DNA of 64,000 bases from the NCBI GenBank assembly GCA_963716425.1, contig OY970310.1, positions 1,798,807-1,862,806 of the forward strand, given 5' to 3'. The notes beneath the pieces were generated by a model. That model saw only the letters and a list, made by a program, of their open reading frames with translations. It was not told where the DNA came from and searched no databases. This document shows, piece by piece, positions 1 to 9,438 of the stretch. The stretch is from Candidatus Babeliales bacterium (GTDB taxonomy: Bacteria; Babelota; Babeliae; Babelales; JBFXEV01). The translations under genes and the position numbers were made by a program. Positions within the stretch are counted from its first letter, which is position 1, and each line of letters begins with the position of its first letter.

Positions 1-603
1 CTCTATACGGTAAAAGAATTTGATATCAATGATAAAATTAATGGACTCAGCCCAAACCAAATAAAGCAACATAAAACACTTTATGCAGGCTATGTAAAAA
101 GTCGCAATGAAATTGCGCAATCGCTTACCAATGCCGATCGTGTAAATGCAAACAGCAGAACCTATTCGCAATTTAGAGCTCTTAAAGTAGCAGAAACCTA
201 TGCGGTTAATGGTTCAATTTTACATGAATTGTATTTTGAGAATTTGGCAACGCACCCAATGACAATTGGCCCACTTACCGAGCAACTGATTGTGCAAAGC
301 TTTGGCACGCTAGAAGCCTTTAAGCAAGACTTTATGGCAAGTGGCAACAGCGCACGAGGCTGGGTGCTTACCTGCTATTCTCTTGATGATAAACGCGTGC
401 ATAATTTTGTATTAGAAGAACATAACCAACATGTGCCCGTACTTGCATTGCCTCTTTTGGTGCTTGATGTATATGAACATGCATATATGATTGATTTTGG
501 CATACAACGCCCTTCCTACTTAAAAGTATTCTGGGATGCCATTAATTGGGATGTGGTAGAAGAACGCGTTAAAAAATGGGTAACGCCATTTGGTCAGCAC
601 TAA
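1..603 (+). CDS. Fe/Mn superoxide dismutase family protein, 5'-truncated by window edge
   Basis: Frame 1 is open from base 1. 'LDVYEHAYMIDFG...FWDAINWDVV' matches the SOD D-x-W-E-H-A-Y-Y ligand motif region, and 'NGSILHELYFENL' matches the second His-ligand region. Confidence 0.8.
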   Translation, partial: LYTVKEFDINDKINGLSPNQIKQHKTLYAGYVKSRNEIAQSLTNADRVNANSRTYSQFRALKVAETYAVNGSILHELYFENLATHPMTIGPLTEQLIVQSFGTLEAFKQDFMASGNSARGWVLTCYSLDDKRVHNFVLEEHNQHVPVLALPLLVLDVYEHAYMIDFGIQRPSYLKVFWDAINWDVVEERVKKWVTPFGQH

Positions 604-652
604 AGGCAGCACAACCACTTATTTGCCCAAACCAAAAAAATGAATACCATTT

Positions 653-859
653 TTACCGTTGAAGTTGCCCTGGCTCACGGCGCTTGCGTGACTCGGCACT
701 ACTGTTTATGTCTTTTGGATCACGGTCGTCTTGACTCTGGGCAATTGATGCCGTAACTGAAGGTTTTATTTTACCCGCTATGTTGACTGAACGAGTTATT
801 TTTAATGCACAGCAAAATAATGCTAGTAAGGCAAGTAATACTGCTATTTTCTTCTTCAT
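653..859 (-). CDS. small secreted/lipoprotein-like hypothetical protein
   Basis: 68-aa ORF with N-terminal 'MKKKIAVLLALLALFCCAL' signal-like segment. No recognisable domain. Confidence 0.4.
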   Translation of the reverse strand: MKKKIAVLLALLALFCCALKITRSVNIAGKIKPSVTASIAQSQDDRDPKDINSSAESRKRREPGQLQR

Positions 860-977
860 AATACTCTCTCCATTTTTATTTTAACTATACTGCTCACTCT
901 ACTTTCATAGTATCAGAAAGGTGGTAGAATATGCAAGAGTACTCTGATCAGGAGAGGCCAGCATCAGCTCATAGTTC

Positions 978-2012
978 TCAACACTGGCGATTAACTTGTT
1001 CTCTAAGCCATCTAAATGAATCCTGAATAATCTCAGGCCTTAACCGTATACAATGATCCATGTCATCAATACGCACATAGGTAAGAGGAACGCCTACCGT
1101 TTCAGCTTTTAGAACAAATGCATCACACGAAGGAATAATGCTATCTTGGCCACCTGCTACCACCAAAAATGGCGTTTTTATTTTTTCATAATCAGGCAAA
1201 GGATATTGTAATGCATCAGCATGATACTTATGCGTCATTCCCATAAACTCTAACTCCACACAAGGATTCAAGAGTGTCTGCTCCATACACTTATCATAAT
1301 CACGCTTATTTTGCGGGAAATTAAGAGATAATGGCATCCATGGGGGAAGATGATCCAATATTTTAACCCAACAAGGAAACTTGCTTCGCATATCAATCAT
1401 AAAAGCCCATAACTCTTCACGCCAGCTCCAGTCGCCTGCACCACACCAATTAACCGTGGCAAGTGCTATATCGTTGTACCGTGCTGTCAGTGTTGTTACT
1501 AAAGGGCCACCTTCTGAAACACCCAAAAAAATAAGCTTTCCGTTCCACCCGAGTGGAGGATTTGATTTCAGCAATTCAATGACTGCAATATGGTCCTTTA
1601 AGCGTTGTGATCGTGTATAATTGTTTCTATATTCTTGCATATGGATCGTGGATCCATCAACACCCCAGAGTTCTACGGTGAGAACACCTACATGCAAATC
1701 CATGCATTCCTGCAAGAAATAACGATGAAAATGAATTACACTTCTTATATCATCTTTACTTGAAGATCCAGTGCAAAGTATTGCAATTGGGTAATCACTT
1801 GCTTCAGGCTTACTTACATAGTACACAATATCTGGGGCATCAGCATCTAATCTCTCTAGAGTAAATCTTGCAGATGCGGGTATATCATACAAAGGAATAG
1901 TACTTGTATCAGTATATTTATACGGCGTAATTTGATTAGTGAATGACACATGAATATATGCGCAAATCAACAGAAGGAGTAACCCTAATCTAACAGATAA
2001 AAGTCTTATCAT
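978..2012 (-). CDS. alpha/beta-fold hydrolase with N-terminal membrane anchor
   Basis: Nucleophile elbow 'GVSEGG' (GxSxG) plus late 'DDMDH' Asp/His region. Start moved to the internal ATG at 2012 ('MIRLLSVRLGLLLLL') because the longer ORF would overlap the upstream ANK gene. Confidence 0.6.
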   Translation of the reverse strand: MIRLLSVRLGLLLLLICAYIHVSFTNQITPYKYTDTSTIPLYDIPASARFTLERLDADAPDIVYYVSKPEASDYPIAILCTGSSSKDDIRSVIHFHRYFLQECMDLHVGVLTVELWGVDGSTIHMQEYRNNYTRSQRLKDHIAVIELLKSNPPLGWNGKLIFLGVSEGGPLVTTLTARYNDIALATVNWCGAGDWSWREELWAFMIDMRSKFPCWVKILDHLPPWMPLSLNFPQNKRDYDKCMEQTLLNPCVELEFMGMTHKYHADALQYPLPDYEKIKTPFLVVAGGQDSIIPSCDAFVLKAETVGVPLTYVRIDDMDHCIRLRPEIIQDSFRWLREQVNRQC

Positions 2013-2034
2013 AAAAATCAATTTGTTTCTTTGC

Positions 2035-2748
2035 TTACTTATTTTTTTTCTGCTGCCAAGCTTTGTGCGCACTTTGTCTAATACATTCTGCAAGCTCATC
2101 GATATGTGCTCCATCAATCAACCGAGAAAGCACCGATTCATTGCCAGATGAAATGGAACCACATCTTTCTGCATATGCATGAGGATTTTCACCAAACACA
2201 CTTCGCTGGGCAAGAAGTGTACTTGCTGCTGCTAACTTTTTCTGAACAATATCTTCTATAACTTTTTCTTCTAGTGCAGCCTCATTGGCCACTGGTAAAT
2301 CTGCTTGCGTTACATACGTAAGCAAGAGTTGCACAATAGCAGTTCTTTGTTTACCGGCAGCATCATGCACTACTGTATAGCCAAATCCATCAGATACCAA
2401 GGTAGCCCCATGATCTAACAGCATTCTTGCAATATCCTCAGAAGATGCTGCGTGCAATGGGGTGTAATAACCATTCGTATGTGTAGTATTAACGTCTGCA
2501 CGACTTTCTAGGAGTGCAGTAATTACTTCCCTTTTCTCAGGACAAACCAGTATAGCAAATTGCAAAGGCGTACGTCCAAAATGATCTTTAAATTCGAGTG
2601 AATGGCCACTTGATACCAACTCTTGTATCTCTATCGCTCGCCCTCCAGAAATAGCTGCAAACAATAGATTTTCATTGTGCATGCAATGCACCACACAACC
2701 AGTATTCAAAATCAGAACCAAAAACAATATTTTCATGATGAGTTTCAT
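2035..2748 (-). CDS. ankyrin-repeat protein with signal peptide
   Basis: Repeated 'G.TPL(Q/H)FA...V(I/T)..LL..GADVN' ANK consensus. Signal 'MKILFLVLILNTGCVVHC'. The C-terminal 'RLIDGAHIDELAECIRQSAHKAWQQKK' is shared with the 3820-4518 paralog. Confidence 0.85.
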   Translation of the reverse strand: MKLIMKILFLVLILNTGCVVHCMHNENLLFAAISGGRAIEIQELVSSGHSLEFKDHFGRTPLQFAILVCPEKREVITALLESRADVNTTHTNGYYTPLHAASSEDIARMLLDHGATLVSDGFGYTVVHDAAGKQRTAIVQLLLTYVTQADLPVANEAALEEKVIEDIVQKKLAAASTLLAQRSVFGENPHAYAERCGSISSGNESVLSRLIDGAHIDELAECIRQSAHKAWQQKKNK

Positions 2749-2771
2749 TTCTATTTCTTATCCCAAAAGAA

Positions 2772-3143
2772 CTACTCAACAATATGCAGAATGCCAATGT
2801 CTTTTTTTGCCTCTTCATCTAAGCGTGCTTTAAGTTGTTCCTTGATTTCTTGAGTGCCTGCACTAAAACGAGGAACCACGCGCTCATCATAATCAATATA
2901 TTCATCCATAAAGTAAACTTTAAACTGCTTATATTCTCGCTCAAGGCCATACTCAATGTGCTTGGCCCAATAGACAGCATTATGCCTACAAAATAGTAAA
3001 GGCGCAAGTTTAGCACCAGAATTAGATAATTCTTGCGGCCTTGCTTGCAACAATGAACTGCTTAATGCCAATACACATACTGTATACTTGAAAGTTGTTG
3101 TTACCATACTATACAATCCATCATGCTTAAGACTCATAATCAT
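2772..3143 (-). CDS. hypothetical secreted protein
   Basis: ORF with hydrophobic 'YTVCVLALSSSLLQA'. The true start may be the internal Met at 3107. No domain recognised. Confidence 0.4.
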   Translation of the reverse strand: MIMSLKHDGLYSMVTTTFKYTVCVLALSSSLLQARPQELSNSGAKLAPLLFCRHNAVYWAKHIEYGLEREYKQFKVYFMDEYIDYDERVVPRFSAGTQEIKEQLKARLDEEAKKDIGILHIVE

Positions 3144-3204
3144 TCGACTTTAATAGCGACTGCTTAATGTATTCAGGGGCTTTTGATAAACAAGTTAAAG
3201 ATGA

Positions 3205-3810
3205 TTAGGCATTTATTACAGTACCACCAATGACTTGGCCTCTAACCGTTGCGCCCTCGTGCAAGATAACTTGACCCTGAGCACCTTTAAACGTAATGTC
3301 GCCAGAAACGGTTGTGCCTACAAGCTCAACAATCAATGGCTCTTTAACGTTCTCTGGAGCATGCATACCGATAGAAAGTGCGGTGCAATGAGAAAGAACA
3401 ATCTGATTGGATGCGCATTCAATGTCTGCAAATGCTGTACTTTGAGCTTGCAAACTACCAACCACGTGCGTAAGCCCAAAAACTGAAGTATCTGCTAACT
3501 TAGCTGCACCACTCACTTGCATGCTGCCAAAACTACCGCCTTTTGCATTGAGTGACCCGCTCACCTCTGCAACGCCTTGTACAATCACGGTATCAAGTGT
3601 TACTGAACCTGCACCATGCAATGATGCGATTGTTTTATGTGCAAGATGCGCGGCACCTGCAAAAGAAAATCCCTGGCTTGTATCGCGTGAAGTTCCAACA
3701 TATAAATTGTCTATGAAAGCGGTCTTCCTTAATGAAAAAACTCCTAATGCGGCCGCTACTACTAATACCAACAACGCCACTACAAATGTTTTACCTTCTT
3801 TTGCATCCAT
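3205..3810 (-). CDS. membrane-anchored bactofilin-like (polymer-forming cytoskeletal, DUF583-like) protein
   Basis: N-terminal TM 'FVVALLVLVVAAALGVF', then Gly/Val-rich beta-helix-type periodicity ending in 'VSGDITFKGAQGQVILHEGATVRGQVIGG', which resembles the bactofilin C-terminal repeat. Paralog at 5592-6179. Confidence 0.5.
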   Translation of the reverse strand: MDAKEGKTFVVALLVLVVAAALGVFSLRKTAFIDNLYVGTSRDTSQGFSFAGAAHLAHKTIASLHGAGSVTLDTVIVQGVAEVSGSLNAKGGSFGSMQVSGAAKLADTSVFGLTHVVGSLQAQSTAFADIECASNQIVLSHCTALSIGMHAPENVKEPLIVELVGTTVSGDITFKGAQGQVILHEGATVRGQVIGGTVINA

Positions 3811-3819
3811 GATTATCCT

Positions 3820-4518
3820 TTATTGTTTTAATTTCTTCTGTTGCCATGCTTTGTTGACACTTTGGCGAATACATTCCTTGAGTCCATTAATATGTCTTCC
3901 ATCAATCAACCGAGAAAGTTCACACTCTCTTGCAGGCGAAATGGTTCCACGAGATGCTGCGCGCGCATATACGTTTTCTCCCACTATATTACGCATCGCA
4001 AGAATGTTTCGTGCGGCTTCTAACTTGCTTGCAACGATGCTTTCAACAACATCTTGTTTGCTAACTTCATCACCTACAATGAGAATATCAGTTGGCGTAA
4101 CATTGATAAGCAGCACTCGCACAACTGCCGTATGCCCAGATCCTGCAGCATAATGCACAGGAGTATTATGAAAGTCATCGGGTACCAATTGAGCTCCGTG
4201 ATCAAGAAGCAATCTTGCAAGGTCTTCTGATGCAACGAGATGCAATGGGTAATCAGTTTGCCCCCGATAATTAACATCTGCACCACTTTCAAGGAGCGCA
4301 GCAATTACTTCCATGTTCTCAGGGTGAACCCATACTGCAAACTGCAAAGGGGTCCGCAGCTCATCATCCTTATCTTCGAGCGAATGGCCATTTGCTACCA
4401 ACTCTTTTATCCTATCAGCTTGCCCTTTACTAATAGCGCCAAAGAGCGCATTTGGATTGTCCATCGCCAATGCACCAACGCTTGCACTAGAAAGTAATAT
4501 TATTAATAGCATCCTCAT
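3820..4518 (-). CDS. ankyrin-repeat protein with signal peptide
   Basis: ANK consensus ('RTPLQFAVWVHPENMEVIAALLESGADVN'). Paralog of 2035-2748. Its start overlaps the stop of the upstream gene (ATGA). Confidence 0.85.
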   Translation of the reverse strand: MRMLLIILLSSASVGALAMDNPNALFGAISKGQADRIKELVANGHSLEDKDDELRTPLQFAVWVHPENMEVIAALLESGADVNYRGQTDYPLHLVASEDLARLLLDHGAQLVPDDFHNTPVHYAAGSGHTAVVRVLLINVTPTDILIVGDEVSKQDVVESIVASKLEAARNILAMRNIVGENVYARAASRGTISPARECELSRLIDGRHINGLKECIRQSVNKAWQQKKLKQ

Positions 4519-5369
4519 TTGTTATCTCCTTTATTTGGATGGTATGTGCAATTTTTGCAATATGTGTCGTGAACAGTTTGGTCTGATTTAGTTGTACACA
4601 TTTCATCAAAAACATCACTCCTCATCCAAACTGCCAACACGCTGCCTTCAACGTATACTAACACATCGCCCGTCCAAACATCAGTACCTACTTTTCGTGG
4701 ACTATGCGTATGTGCAATTTCTCTAACATGTTCATAATATTCTTGAAGCTTACGCCGAGTCTCATTCCTTGCACGAGTTACTGCAGACGCGCCGCTTTCT
4801 TCTCTTTTTTGTTCACGCACAGCATCACTCTTTTTTCTAAACCGCTCCAACTCAACTTCAGAAAGCCATGAGAGCGTTGGATATTCGCCTTTCTTATTTT
4901 TTATATATGAAGCACCATGATGCACTAGAAGCTGTGCTCCTTTAACATCCTGTTGTTGTCCTGCCAAATGGAGCGGCGTATTACCTTGATTATCTGCACT
5001 GTTTGGGTTAGCTTTAGCTTCCAGAAGCAATGCCATTAATTTAATACACCCCACCGCAAAATGCAATGGTGTGCATCCTTCTGTATCAGATACGTCCACT
5101 CGAGCGCCGGATATATTTAATAACCTAGCTGCACGCATATTACGTACAAAAGCTGCGCAATGCCAGGGAGTTTTACCACCAATAACACTATTTATAAGAC
5201 TGTGGTGAATGCGAGTGCCATTCTCTAAGATGGGTTCAATATCGCTTCCTGAAAGTATTGCTGTATGCAATTGCTGGGCAAGAGCCTCTTTATCAATGAT
5301 GGGCTCCATAGAACAAAGTGGCAGGATAATCATCAATAAAATATTCAGGAAAACAATATGCTTCATCAT
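4515..5369 (-). CDS. ankyrin-repeat protein with signal peptide and non-ANK C-terminal region
   Basis: 'GCTPLHFAVGCIKLMALLLEAKANPNSADNQGNTPLHLAG' ANK units. Signal 'MMKHIVFLNILLMIILPLCS'. Confidence 0.85.
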   Translation of the reverse strand: MMKHIVFLNILLMIILPLCSMEPIIDKEALAQQLHTAILSGSDIEPILENGTRIHHSLINSVIGGKTPWHCAAFVRNMRAARLLNISGARVDVSDTEGCTPLHFAVGCIKLMALLLEAKANPNSADNQGNTPLHLAGQQQDVKGAQLLVHHGASYIKNKKGEYPTLSWLSEVELERFRKKSDAVREQKREESGASAVTRARNETRRKLQEYYEHVREIAHTHSPRKVGTDVWTGDVLVYVEGSVLAVWMRSDVFDEMCTTKSDQTVHDTYCKNCTYHPNKGDNK

Positions 5370-5591
5370 TTCCTATATTCATAAGAACTAACAAACAATT
5401 TTTAAAATTAAAAGAGCGAACTATTCAATTTAAAGAATAGCCCGCTCGGTAATTTAATACAATATATTGCTCAATTTACAAGGAATATATGTTATTTTTC
5501 ATGATCTTGCGCATCACAAAGAGGCACTATAATGTATAATATTTTTTGATAAACAGGAACTGAATGCAATACCATTCAATGTTCTGCATGA

Positions 5592-6179
5592 TTAATTGTT
5601 AATTACAGTACCACCAGTAACCTGGCCTTTGACAACTCCACCATTGCGCAAGATAACTTGACCCTGAGCACCTATAAAAGTAATATCGCCAGAAACTGTT
5701 GTGCTATCTAATTCGATAATCAGTGGTTCTGTAGGTACATTAGGAGCCTTTATGAGAATAGAAGCAACCATGCAATGAGAAAGAGTGCTCTTATTAGTAG
5801 TACACTCAACAGCTGCAAATGTAGTATGTTCACCATGTAAAGACCCTGCGACTTGAGTAAGCCCAAAAACGGCAGTATTTTTAAGTGTTACGGCACCACT
5901 TACTTGTAAGCTGCCAAAGCTGCCACCTTTTGCTTTAAATGAACCACTGTGCTGGGCTGCCCCTTGCACAATAACATTTTTGAGGTTTGCAGATCCCGCG
6001 CCGCTCAATGAAGGTATTGTTTTATCAGCAAGTTTTAGAGCACCTGCAAAAGACAAGGGCTTTCCATTAGTGCATGTGTTACTTGCACCGCAATGAGTGG
6101 TCGTGCTTACGCCGCGTAATGCGCTCACGCCAACTACTACACATAGTGCCAAAATAGCGATACTCATTTTTGAAATCAT
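5592..6179 (-). CDS. membrane-anchored bactofilin-like protein (paralog of 3205-3810)
   Basis: 'VSGDITFIGAQGQVILRNGGVVKGQVTGG' and overall collinearity with 3205-3810. Start uncertain: the ORF extends to 6230, and ATG 6179 gives 'MISKMSIAILALCVVVG'. Confidence 0.5.
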   Translation of the reverse strand: MISKMSIAILALCVVVGVSALRGVSTTTHCGASNTCTNGKPLSFAGALKLADKTIPSLSGAGSANLKNVIVQGAAQHSGSFKAKGGSFGSLQVSGAVTLKNTAVFGLTQVAGSLHGEHTTFAAVECTTNKSTLSHCMVASILIKAPNVPTEPLIIELDSTTVSGDITFIGAQGQVILRNGGVVKGQVTGGTVINN

Positions 6180-6307
6180 AGGAGTCTTTCGAATATATTT
6201 TGAAACTTCCAATATGTTTAAGAATAGCAAAAAAGAGCTAGCTGGTCAAAGCAGCCATATTTCCTACAAAGTTACAAATAGAAATTTTAGCCTATTGTCT
6301 GGCGAGT

Positions 6308-7357
6308 TCATAAATAAGTTTGCTTTGCTTGAACACATGTTTTCCTTTTTTTGCTTGAGCATAGGAACTTTTTATCGCCTTTGGCTCTCAAGTAGAAACT
6401 TGCATATAAGGGATTCTGCATAACCCGCTGAATACTCGCTCTTACTAAATTCTGCAATTCCGCATCTTGCTCTTGAGGAAAATAGTTCCTCGCTTGGGCT
6501 AACTTACGGCTCACAAGATCTTGCACTAGGCCCTTACGCAGTAATTGCCGTATATCCCGAGACAATGCAATATTTAAGTCTCGAGGAAAGCCAAATTTAA
6601 AAACAAGCATTCCAGTTATGATGTGCTGAACTTCTGCAGCGGACACTGATGTTACTAAGGCTTTTAAAGCTTTTACATCTTTCTCTTGTACTGCAGACTG
6701 CACTACTGTTCTGCCTTGATTATCAAGTAGCGTTAAATCTGCACCAGCTTCAATAAGCGTTGCAAGAATTGTATCAGTATCAAGTAATGTTCTTGGCTCT
6801 TTGCTATGCCCTTTATTAATAATTACATGAGCAGGTGTTTCTTTTAAACTATTTTGTGCATTAGGATAAGCACCACTGTTTACTAATAATTTCACCATAG
6901 AGGCAAAGCCTACATTGGCAGCTTCATGCAAAAGAGTCATTCTGGTCTTTTTCTTTGCTTTATTGATATCAGCCTTAGCCTCAACCAATGCCTTAGCTGC
7001 GTCTCCATTATTAAAAGTTACGGCACAATGTAAAGGCACGTTCCCGCACATATCAGTGCCATGCACATGAGCGCCAGCTCTAAGAAGCTCTGTTATTATA
7101 TCAGCTCTATTTTTATAAGCTGCCCTTGTTAATGGTGTCCCACCCAGGCGCCCCTTAATAATCACATTTACATTCGCGCGAGCATCTATTAACTTTTTGA
7201 CGGCATCAACGTCTACACCTTCATCTATTGCATTAAAAAGCGCGTGGTTTAAATCAATTTGTGTTAGGCATGTTTGAACTTCCATGGCACAACAATTGCC
7301 CATTGATAGTAATTCAACTAAAACAAGAAGTAGTAACTGGTGTAACGTTCTTTTCAT
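6308..7357 (-). CDS. ankyrin-repeat protein with signal peptide
   Basis: Multiple ANK units ('GGTPLTRAAYKNRADIITELLRAGAHVHGTDMCGNVPLHCAV'). C-terminal 'SVSAAEVQHII' resembles the tails of 31972-32796 and 33316-33913. Confidence 0.85.
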   Translation of the reverse strand: MKRTLHQLLLLVLVELLSMGNCCAMEVQTCLTQIDLNHALFNAIDEGVDVDAVKKLIDARANVNVIIKGRLGGTPLTRAAYKNRADIITELLRAGAHVHGTDMCGNVPLHCAVTFNNGDAAKALVEAKADINKAKKKTRMTLLHEAANVGFASMVKLLVNSGAYPNAQNSLKETPAHVIINKGHSKEPRTLLDTDTILATLIEAGADLTLLDNQGRTVVQSAVQEKDVKALKALVTSVSAAEVQHIITGMLVFKFGFPRDLNIALSRDIRQLLRKGLVQDLVSRKLAQARNYFPQEQDAELQNLVRASIQRVMQNPLYASFYLRAKGDKKFLCSSKKRKTCVQAKQTYL

Positions 7358-7604
7358 GTAGATATCTCTTATTATGGTAGATTCAAAACTGTATAATATT
7401 AACTTGTCCGGAACTTAGACCTTTTATACTACAGAAAACTTGCCTAATTGCAATATAATTTATTATTGTGCATACTAAACCTAGCCTCTATAACATCACC
7501 TATAATTTCAAGGATCAACTTGTATACAGGTAAGAAACTTATAGTTAATATTGATATGTTATTAGTAAGCATAATGGATATTGCACCAATTTAATCGGAA
7601 ACTT

Positions 7605-7982
7605 ATGAACACAGAGCAGATAATTAAAGAATATTTTAAAGGCCTTGAAGCCGGGTCGTATAACCAAGTCATACAACTTTTTGATGAGCATGCAGTTATT
7701 CATTCTCCATTGTATGGCATTGTTGATGCACAATCTTTTTATCAAGAATTATTCAAAGATACCAATCGCTCAAGAATTACCTTGTTGAATGTCTTTGTGA
7801 GTACTACTGCACCATGTGCTGCTGCACATTTTTTGTATGATTGGGTATTAAAAGATGGTACACCAACAGATTTTGAGTGTGTTGATGTTTTTGAGTTTAA
7901 TCCAAAAACAAATAAGATCACATCGTTAAAAATCATTTATGATACTTTCAAAGTTCGGCCGGTATTTACAGAAGCAAAGTAA
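7605..7982 (+). CDS. NTF2/SnoaL-like small protein
   Basis: About 125 aa. N-terminal 'IIKEYFKGLEAGSYNQVIQLFDEHAVIHSP' is typical of SnoaL/ketosteroid-isomerase-like folds. Start set at ATG 7605. Confidence 0.5.
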   Translation: MNTEQIIKEYFKGLEAGSYNQVIQLFDEHAVIHSPLYGIVDAQSFYQELFKDTNRSRITLLNVFVSTTAPCAAAHFLYDWVLKDGTPTDFECVDVFEFNPKTNKITSLKIIYDTFKVRPVFTEAK

Positions 7983-7987
7983 TACAG

Positions 7988-8128
7988 ACTTGCCAAAACT
8001 ACCGAATACACTATTTTATGTTCCATGAAAAACTCCATGCACGGTACATTAACGTATCTACACCTTAATTATATTTGACGCTGATCAGAGCCACGTCTTT
8101 TACGCGATTCTAGACTTGAATTTACTTT
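7988..8128. repeat. direct repeat copy 1: relic of the 5' end and upstream region of the 8158-9438 ANK gene
   Basis: Aligns by eye with 9388-9524 ('cttgccaaaactaccgaata...ttccatg...aactccatgcacggta...gacgctgatcaga...gattctagacttgaatttactt'). Retains about 14 codons of the signal peptide (MEFFMEHKIVYSVVLAS) and then diverges. Confidence 0.75.
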
Positions 8129-8157
8129 TTTTGTTCTCATATTTTTAAACAATTTAA

Positions 8158-9438
8158 TTACTTGGATTCCATAGAGCTAACCTCAATCATCGTATATCCT
8201 ACAAAATTATTAAGTTCCTGTGCAGCATCTACTATTCCCTTTCCAGGAACATACCTATCAGTTTGTTTCTCTTCAAAAGCTGTAAGAATTTCTTGAGCTT
8301 TTTGTGCCTTCGTTCGAAGCTCAGAAACCCTTGATTTTGTTTTTGTTCGATCAAGACCCCTTGCAAAATCTAATGGACTTTCTCCAGATCGATCCTTGAG
8401 ATTTGGATCAGCATTAAAATCTAATAATAGCCGTACCATTTTTGGATTTCCCAATCGAGCTGCAATATGCAATGCCGTCTCACTATCCTGGGTAGCAACC
8501 GCATTCACTTCTGCCTTATGAAACAAAAGTAAATAAGCACGCATAAGATCTCCTTTTCGCACAACGCAAATCAAAGGGGTGTCACCATTAGAAGCACGAT
8601 AATCAACCGGCGCACCGGCCCTGAGAAGTTCAACTAGTTTACTTATAACGCCTGCTACTACAGCACAATATACTTCTTTACCAGCTTTACACCTTTCAAC
8701 GATCTGTTTTTGCTCTAATTCAGATACAGGAGTCTGTATTTGGTCTGGAGTTGTAGTTTGTTGGCTAGACCCCACTGAAATAACATCAATCATTGTATAT
8801 CCAACTGACTTATTAAGTTCCTCTGCAGCATCAATTATTCCCTTTCCAAGAGCATAGGTACCTGCTTGCTTTGCTTCAAGAATTTTACAAGTTTCCTCAG
8901 CAGCCAATGCTTTTTTTCGTAAAACATTAATCATTGACTTTTTATCATCAGTCTTAAGACCCCTTGCAAAATCTAATGGAGTTTCACCAAATTTAGCCTT
9001 TAAACTAGGATCAGCATTATAATCTAAAAGCAACCGTGCCATTTTAGGATCACCTTTTTGAGCTGCAATATGCAAAGCAGTCTCTCTATCTGGCAAAACT
9101 GCAGTATCAACTGGCGCCTTTGCAGTTAAAAGAAAATAAGCATTTAGCACGTTACCCGATCTGACAGCGCTAATCAAAGGAGTATCCCCATTAGGACCAC
9201 GACAATCAACAGACGCACCAGCACTAATTAACTCAATTAATTTATTTACAGAACCAGATCCTGCAATACGAAATAATTCTGCGCAAGCCCTCATGCGCTG
9301 ATCAACTAGCGCTTTGCGCTCTAATTCAGAAAGTTGACCGCCCACATCAGGGGTAACATCCATTGCTTGTGCCGCAAAGTAAAGCACACTTGCCAAAACT
9401 ACCGAATATACTATTTTATTTTCCATGATGAACTCCAT
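8158..9438 (-). CDS. ankyrin-repeat protein with signal peptide, internally duplicated
   Basis: Two collinear halves of about 200 aa, each with ANK units and ending '(K/P)GKGI(I/V)DAA(E/Q)ELN..VGYTMI(D/E)V'. Confidence 0.85.
   Translation of the reverse strand: MEFIMENKIVYSVVLASVLYFAAQAMDVTPDVGGQLSELERKALVDQRMRACAELFRIAGSGSVNKLIELISAGASVDCRGPNGDTPLISAVRSGNVLNAYFLLTAKAPVDTAVLPDRETALHIAAQKGDPKMARLLLDYNADPSLKAKFGETPLDFARGLKTDDKKSMINVLRKKALAAEETCKILEAKQAGTYALGKGIIDAAEELNKSVGYTMIDVISVGSSQQTTTPDQIQTPVSELEQKQIVERCKAGKEVYCAVVAGVISKLVELLRAGAPVDYRASNGDTPLICVVRKGDLMRAYLLLFHKAEVNAVATQDSETALHIAARLGNPKMVRLLLDFNADPNLKDRSGESPLDFARGLDRTKTKSRVSELRTKAQKAQEILTAFEEKQTDRYVPGKGIVDAAQELNNFVGYTMIEVSSMESK
8192..9397. 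repeat. intragenic tandem duplication, period about 603 bp (201 codons)
   Basis: 'gtatatcctacaaaattattaagttcctgtgcagcatc' at 8192 recurs as 'gtatatccaactgacttattaagttcctctgcagcatc' at 8795. The protein halves align throughout. Confidence 0.7.

Noticed and set aside
2013-2117. N-terminal extension of the alpha/beta hydrolase ORF (start at 2117)
   Set aside because: It would overlap the upstream ANK gene's 3' end by 83 nt. The internal ATG at 2012 gives a typical basic-plus-hydrophobic N-terminus.
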